Below the pieces are notes generated by a model. That model worked only from the letters and a program-made list of their open reading frames with translations. It was not told where the DNA came from and did no database searches. A stretch of DNA of 64,000 nucleotides, from the NCBI RefSeq assembly GCF_009914755.1, contig NC_060947.1. One strand, written 5' to 3'. Below, piece by piece: positions 56,790 through 64,000 of this stretch (positions are counted from its first letter, which is position 1; the number at the start of each line of letters is the position of its first letter). The translations under genes were made by a program, and so were the position numbers. This DNA is from the human T2T-CHM13v2.0 reference genome, Homo sapiens.

Positions 56790-57312
56790 TGAATGGAAGT
56801 TGCTGTTCAATGGGTATAATGTTTCAGTTAGGCAAAGTGAGTAAGTTCTAAACCTCTGCTTACAGCATGGTGCCTACAGTTAATAATATTGTACTGTGCA
56901 CTTTAATATTTGTTAAGATGGTAGATCTCATGTTGAGTGTTCTTAACACAATAAAAAAATTAATCGTATTCATACAATTCAATTAATTAATACAATTAAT
57001 TGTATTAATTTTGCTACAACATGGAGGAACTTCAAGAACATCACGCTAAATGAAAACAGCCCCCCGACACATAAGGCCACAAATTGTATGAATCGTCTGA
57101 TTCCATTGATATGAAATATTCCGACAGGCAAATCCACAGAGCCACAAAATGAATTAGTGGTTGCCAGGAGCTAAGGTGAAGAATAACGAGTGTCTCCTGA
57201 TGAGTCTGGAGTTTCTTTTTAGAGTGATTAAAATATTTGGGAATTAGTGTTGTGAGCTGCGCAACTCTGAATACGATAACACCACCAAACTGTATACTTC
57301 TTAAAATGGTTC
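56790..57312 (+). mobile_element. two L1MB-type 3' fragments
   Basis: GTTCAATGGGTATAATGTTTCAGTTA...GTAGATCTCATGTTGAGTGTTCTTA; AGGCAAATCCACAGAG...AGTGGTTGCCAGG. Confidence 0.85.
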
Positions 57313-57569
57313 CTCATTTTGTTTTAAAAGAACCAGAATGTCTAATTAGGTTTATGTCATTAAATACATTTTTTAAAGGGACTTGATGCTTGAAAATGGG
57401 AGAGTAATGGGCATTTCTACCTTCTCCACTCTGAAATAACCCAAATATAGCAGAGGAAACTTAAGATAGCCAAGTTCGATATTAGCAAAATCTAAGAAAC
57501 ATTTTAATGTACCAACCCAAGGTAGAAGAAAGAGCTGCCCCAAAGAAGTATAGATTTAAATATAATTGA

Positions 57570-58690
<1,121 letters not shown>

Positions 58691-58996
58691 TTAGCAGGTG
58701 ATGAATGCTGCCAGGACTGCATTCTTTCCTTCAAGCCAGCAGGTTCCCTTCTGGCCCAGGGTGCATCTAGAAATATCATCTAGGAGCTAGTGCCTGGAAA
58801 GGGAGTCTCATGATTCTGACTGGTGCCCTATCCGGCTATGGCTGAGCTGGTTTCCAAGATGCAAAACAAAGTCCTCCCAACTATTTCCTCTCCTCCCCTT
58901 TAGTGGAAGGAAGGGGTGTATTTTAGAACCATGAGCTGTGCAGCTTGGGGTTAGGGGAGCAGTGATGCCAGCACTTCCTTAGAAACTGTAGCTGAA

Positions 58997-59309
<313 letters not shown>

Positions 59310-59486
59310 GCTCCAGCTGTTTGCTGGGTGGGTCACGTCCACTGGTTCTGGGCCCAGTTCAGCACTAGGTTTCACGGAAAAGTTGCAGTCCTTGTGGTCT
59401 AAACTACCATTCAAATTTACTTAGAGCCCCAGGGCACTTTGTCCCGCAGTGATGAGGCTTGCAGGAACTCATGTTTAGACCACTGG

Positions 59487-60035
59487 TGTCAGAGGCGTTT
59501 GAACCAGAGCAATTCTATCTTGAGTAGGAGCTAGGTAAAATGAGGCTGAAACCTACTGGGCTGCATTTCCAGATGGGTAGGCATTCTAAGTCACAGGATG
59601 AGCTAGGAGGTCGGCACAAGACACAGGTCATAAAGGCCTCGCTGATAAAACAGGTTGCAGTTTTAAAGAAGCCAACCAAACCCGCCAATACCAAGATGTC
59701 GATAGAGTGACGTCTTGTCGTCCTCACTGCTACACTTCCGACAGTGCCATGACAGTATACAAATGCCATGGCAACGTCAGGAAGTTACCCTATATGGTGT
59801 AAAAGGCGAGGTATGAATAAGCCACCCCTTGCTTAGCATATAGTCATGAAATAACCGTAAAAATGGGCAACCAGAGCCCTCCGGGCTGCTCTGTCTATGG
59901 AGTAGCCATTCTTTTATTCCTTCACTTTCTTCAACTTGCTTTCACTGTACTCTATGGACTCGGCCTGAATTATTTCTTGCACCAGATCCAAGAACCCTCT
60001 CTTGGAGTCTGGATCGGGACCCCTTTCTGGTAACA
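59487..60035 (+). mobile_element. MER41A solo LTR (ERV1)
   Basis: TGTCAGAGGCGTTTGAACCAGAGCAA...GGACCCCTTTCTGGTAACA, ~550 bp; no TTCCGGGAA block. Confidence 0.9.
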
Positions 60036-60317
60036 AAAGAATCAGTGATTTCCCTCTGGCTGGGCTGGTTTAAATGCTCCCTCTGTGGGCAGGCATCAGC
60101 TGAATTTGGTCTGGTTTTATGTTATGCTATTACAGGGCAGGAGCTACAGTGCTTCACAATTGCTGCACTATCCCTCTCTCCTGCACACGGAAATGCTCCC
60201 CACACCACACCACTGCTGCTGAGGGATGAGGGAGAAGTGGCATTGGTGATTCCAGGCACTTTTTCTTACCTCTTCAGTGACTCTTTCAGCAATTTGAAAT
60301 TAAAACCATGTATTCTG

Positions 60318-61099
<782 letters not shown>

Positions 61100-62005
61100 G
61101 TGAGTGCTTACTTGATTTTTGGTTCTTCTGAATGTGCTTTTTTTGTGTGTAGATAATTGTTTACCTGATGTCTTTGTGAGGTGGATGACTGGTAGAACTG
61201 TCTATTCTGCCATCTTGCTCCCCAACTTTTCGTTTTCCACTAAAAAATTCTGCTGTGATTTCACTGAGATCATGACGAATGTATAAATTAAATTAGAGAG
61301 AACAGGCATGTAAACAATATTAAGTAATCCAATTGATGAACATAGCACGTCTCTTTTTATTTAGGTCTTCTTTAATTTCTCTCAATGCTGTCTTACAGTT
61401 TTTAGTGTGGAAGTTTTAGATACTTATTAAATTCATTTCTAAGCATTTTCTGCTTTTGAATATTATGAAAGTGGTATTTTAAGTTTATTTTGCAATTTTG
61501 GTTGCTGGTACATAAACAATAGTCTTTTTACGTCAACTTTGTATGCTGTAAATTTGCTAGATTAACTTTTTAATTTTACTAGTTGTTTTGTATATTACAT
61601 GGAATTTTCTGTGCAACTGACCGTGTCGTCTGCTAATAAAGTTTTAACTCTTTTCATACTAAAATGTCGACCTTTTATTTAATATTCTTGCTTTATTGCT
61701 CTGTCTAGGACTGCCTGTAAAACCATTTCCTCTTTGGAAGTCTTATGCAAACTGTTTACAATTTCACAATAAGTATGATACTAGCCATAAGTTTTTATAG
61801 ATGATTTTTATTGGAATGAGGAAATTACTGTCTATAACTAGATTATCAAGAATGTTGAATTTTGCCAAGTAGTTTTACTGCATCTATTCAAACAATCAGA
61901 TGTTCTTTATTTGGATTATTTTGTTAAGATGGTGAAATACACTGGTTGGACTTTAATTGTTAAAACATTTTCTTTTTATTCTCAGAATAAAACTCAGTTG
62001 GTCAT

Positions 62006-62532
62006 TGTTCAGAAAAATGTTAATATTGTAGGCCTAGATATTAGAAAGGCTTGCTTGCAAGTTTGGCCATTGGATGGTGTCCGGTAACTTGGATTTTGGG
62101 AGACTTCTCCCCAAACGAACTGATAAGAGTGGCTTACTGTGCTTAAACCGTACAATGTGGTTTATACTGAACACCTACTTTACTTTCGGGGGACTGGAAT
62201 TTTGGTATGCCCTAGGCAGAAAGTCACCACATAATCAACCTCTAATAAACACTGAGTCTTTAAAGAAATTGTCTGGTAGAAAACATTTCACACATTTTGT
62301 TACAGCTTGTTGCTGCAAGAAGTAAGTGCGTCCTATGTGACTCTCCCAGGAGAAGACTTGGAAACTTATTCCTGGTTCCCTCCATACCTTTTCTCCTTGC
62401 TGATTTTGCTTTATATCATTTCATTTTATTACATCTTAGGCATGAATACAACGTCTATATCCTGAGTCAGTCCTGTAAGTCCTTCTAGTGAATCACCAAG
62501 GCTGGTTTTTGGACTTGGGGACACTTAGCACA
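62006..62532 (+). mobile_element. MER68 (ERVL) solo LTR
   Basis: TGTTCAGAAAAATGTTAA...AGAAAGGCTTGCTTGCAAG; perfect 5-bp TSD GTCAT. Confidence 0.85.
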
Positions 62533-63005
62533 GTCATGATAAATTACCCTTTTGTTTACTTGATTTTATGTACTTGATTTTGTTGGCTAATGTTTTAATG
62601 ATTTTCGTGCCTGCATTCATGAGGTATATTGATCTTTAGTTTTCTTTTCTAATAATATCTTTGATAGATTTTGATATCAGGGATTTGCTAGTCTCATACA
62701 ATGAGTTGAGGAACATTTCTTTCTCCTGTTTTTGAAAGAATTTATGTAAATTAGGTATTATTTCTTTAAATATGTCAGAAGTCACTAGTGAAAACATTGG
62801 AGTCTTTTTGTGGAGGGGAGTTAAATTACATATACATAATATAACATATATAACCTTTAAAAGTTCAATTTTTAACAGATTTTGGGCTGTTTGTATATTT
62901 GTATATCTCAATTCATTCTTATATTAGTTTTTGTAAGTTGTATTTTTCAAGTAATTTTTTTATTGAGTCTGAATTTTCAAATTTATTGGCATAAAGTTGC
63001 TCTCA

Positions 63006-63345
<340 letters not shown>

Positions 63346-63392
63346 TAGGGCCGGTAGTGCTGTTATGGGCGTGTCTTTGCGTCCAGAGCTAC

Positions 63393-63404
63393 CAAGATGG
63401 CGGC
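63393..63404 (+). promoter_or_regulatory. perfect YY1 motif in the LTR U5
   Basis: CAAGATGGCGGC matches the YY1 consensus; motif only, no binding data. Confidence 0.5.
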
Positions 63405-63587
63405 AAGCCTCTTGCTCTCTGACCTGGGGTTCTTGGCCTCACGGATTCCAAGGAAGGGAACCTTGGGCCACGCGGTGATCCGTACAGTTCTGTTAGAAGC
63501 CCGGGGTTATGGAAGAGAAGCGTGGAAACCAGCGACCAGCGTTCAGGTAGATTAGGACCAACCCCGGCACTTAGCTGCACAGGAACA

Positions 63588-63950
63588 ATGGCGAGCCCCT
63601 TTGGGCGCCTCACTGATCAGAAGGGCAGAGGACACCCTGCTGGATCTGGAGGAGTGGAAGTCAATGGCGGGTCTGCGAGGGCGGCGTTCAGCGGTGGTGG
63701 ACGGAGGGTGTTGAGCGGTGGTGGACGGACGGCCTTCGGCGGTGGTGGACGACGGCCTTCGGCGGTGGTGGACGGACGGCCTTCGGCGTTGGTGGACGGA
63801 CGGCCTTCGGCGGTGGTGGACGGACGGCCTTCGGCGGTGGTGGACGGACGGCCTTCGGCGTTGGTGGACGGACGGCTTTCGGCGGTGGTGAACGGTGAGC
63901 GAAAGCCGGAACAAACATGGACGAGAAGAGTGTGCAGTTGCAAGGTTTAA
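63588..63950 (+). CDS. candidate LTR/VNTR-derived ORF, 120 aa unspliced ([22 protein letters not shown]...)
   Basis: ACAATGG Kozak context; open through the VNTR; candidate donor AACG|GTGAGC at 63894/63895; no expression evidence. Confidence 0.3.
   Translation: MASPFGRLTDQKGRGHPAGSGGVEVNGGSARAAFSGGGRRVLSGGGRTAFGGGGRRPSAVVDGRPSALVDGRPSAVVDGRPSAVVDGRPSALVDGRLSAVVNGERKPEQTWTRRVCSCKV
63687..63895. repeat. CpG-rich 24-bp minisatellite, ~8.7 copies, consensus TTCGGCGGTGGTGGACGGACGGCC
   Basis: Units start at 63687, 63711, 63735 (23 bp), 63758, 63782, 63806, 63830, 63854, 63878 (partial). Confidence 0.97.
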
Positions 63951-64000
63951 TAGAGTGAAAACAGAGTTCCCATACAACCGGAGGGGACCCAAGGGGGTTG

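Larger units (their letters stand above)
63361..64000 (-). mobile_element. LTR17/LTR30-type (HERV-W-related ERV1) LTR, R-U5 part, continues past window end
   Basis: Minus strand GGGTCCCCTCC..TTGTATGGGA..TCTGTTTTCACTCTATTAAA..TTGCAACTGCAC and CCTTGGAATCCGTGAGGCCAAGAACCCCAGGTCAGAG...ATAACA. Confidence 0.88.

Noticed and set aside
63731-63860. Repeated CTTCGG as cUUCGg RNA tetraloops
   Set aside because: The pair outside the closing C-G is C-C, so no stem supports the tetraloop
63687-63895. Regular 24-bp repeats as a possible CRISPR array
   Set aside because: Head-to-tail tandem units with no unique spacers, no cas genes, primate context
63552-63992. Minus-strand repeat ORFs ([24 protein letters not shown] frames)
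   Set aside because: Open frames are an automatic result of a stop-free GC-rich 24-mer; no supporting start or splice context

Overview
AT-rich, repeat-dense primate (human/great-ape-like) genomic DNA with no recognisable protein-coding gene. It contains about 27 Alus (J, S and Y types), many L1 fragments, L2/MIR relics, hAT and Tigger DNA-transposon relics, and ERV/MaLR solo LTRs. Family and subfamily names come from recalled consensus sequences, not a RepeatMasker run, and old-repeat boundaries are approximate. Almost all ORFs in the supplied track are repeat artefacts. Most notable signals: (1) a near-full-length L1PA5/6-type element at 9.0-14.7 kb whose 5'UTR lacks the intra-UTR intron exactly at the splice sites (a SpIRE) and which has no TSD; (2) an antisense LTR17/LTR30-type (HERV-W-related) LTR at the right edge carrying a CpG-rich 24-bp VNTR, a perfect YY1 motif, a Kozak ATG and a splice donor, a candidate LTR-derived first exon with a repeat-encoded de novo ORF; (3) several DNA-repair footprints: a templated ~65-bp insertion in an MLT1 LTR, a chimeric AluY/AluSp-Sq without TSD, and fold-back inversions inside an Alu.
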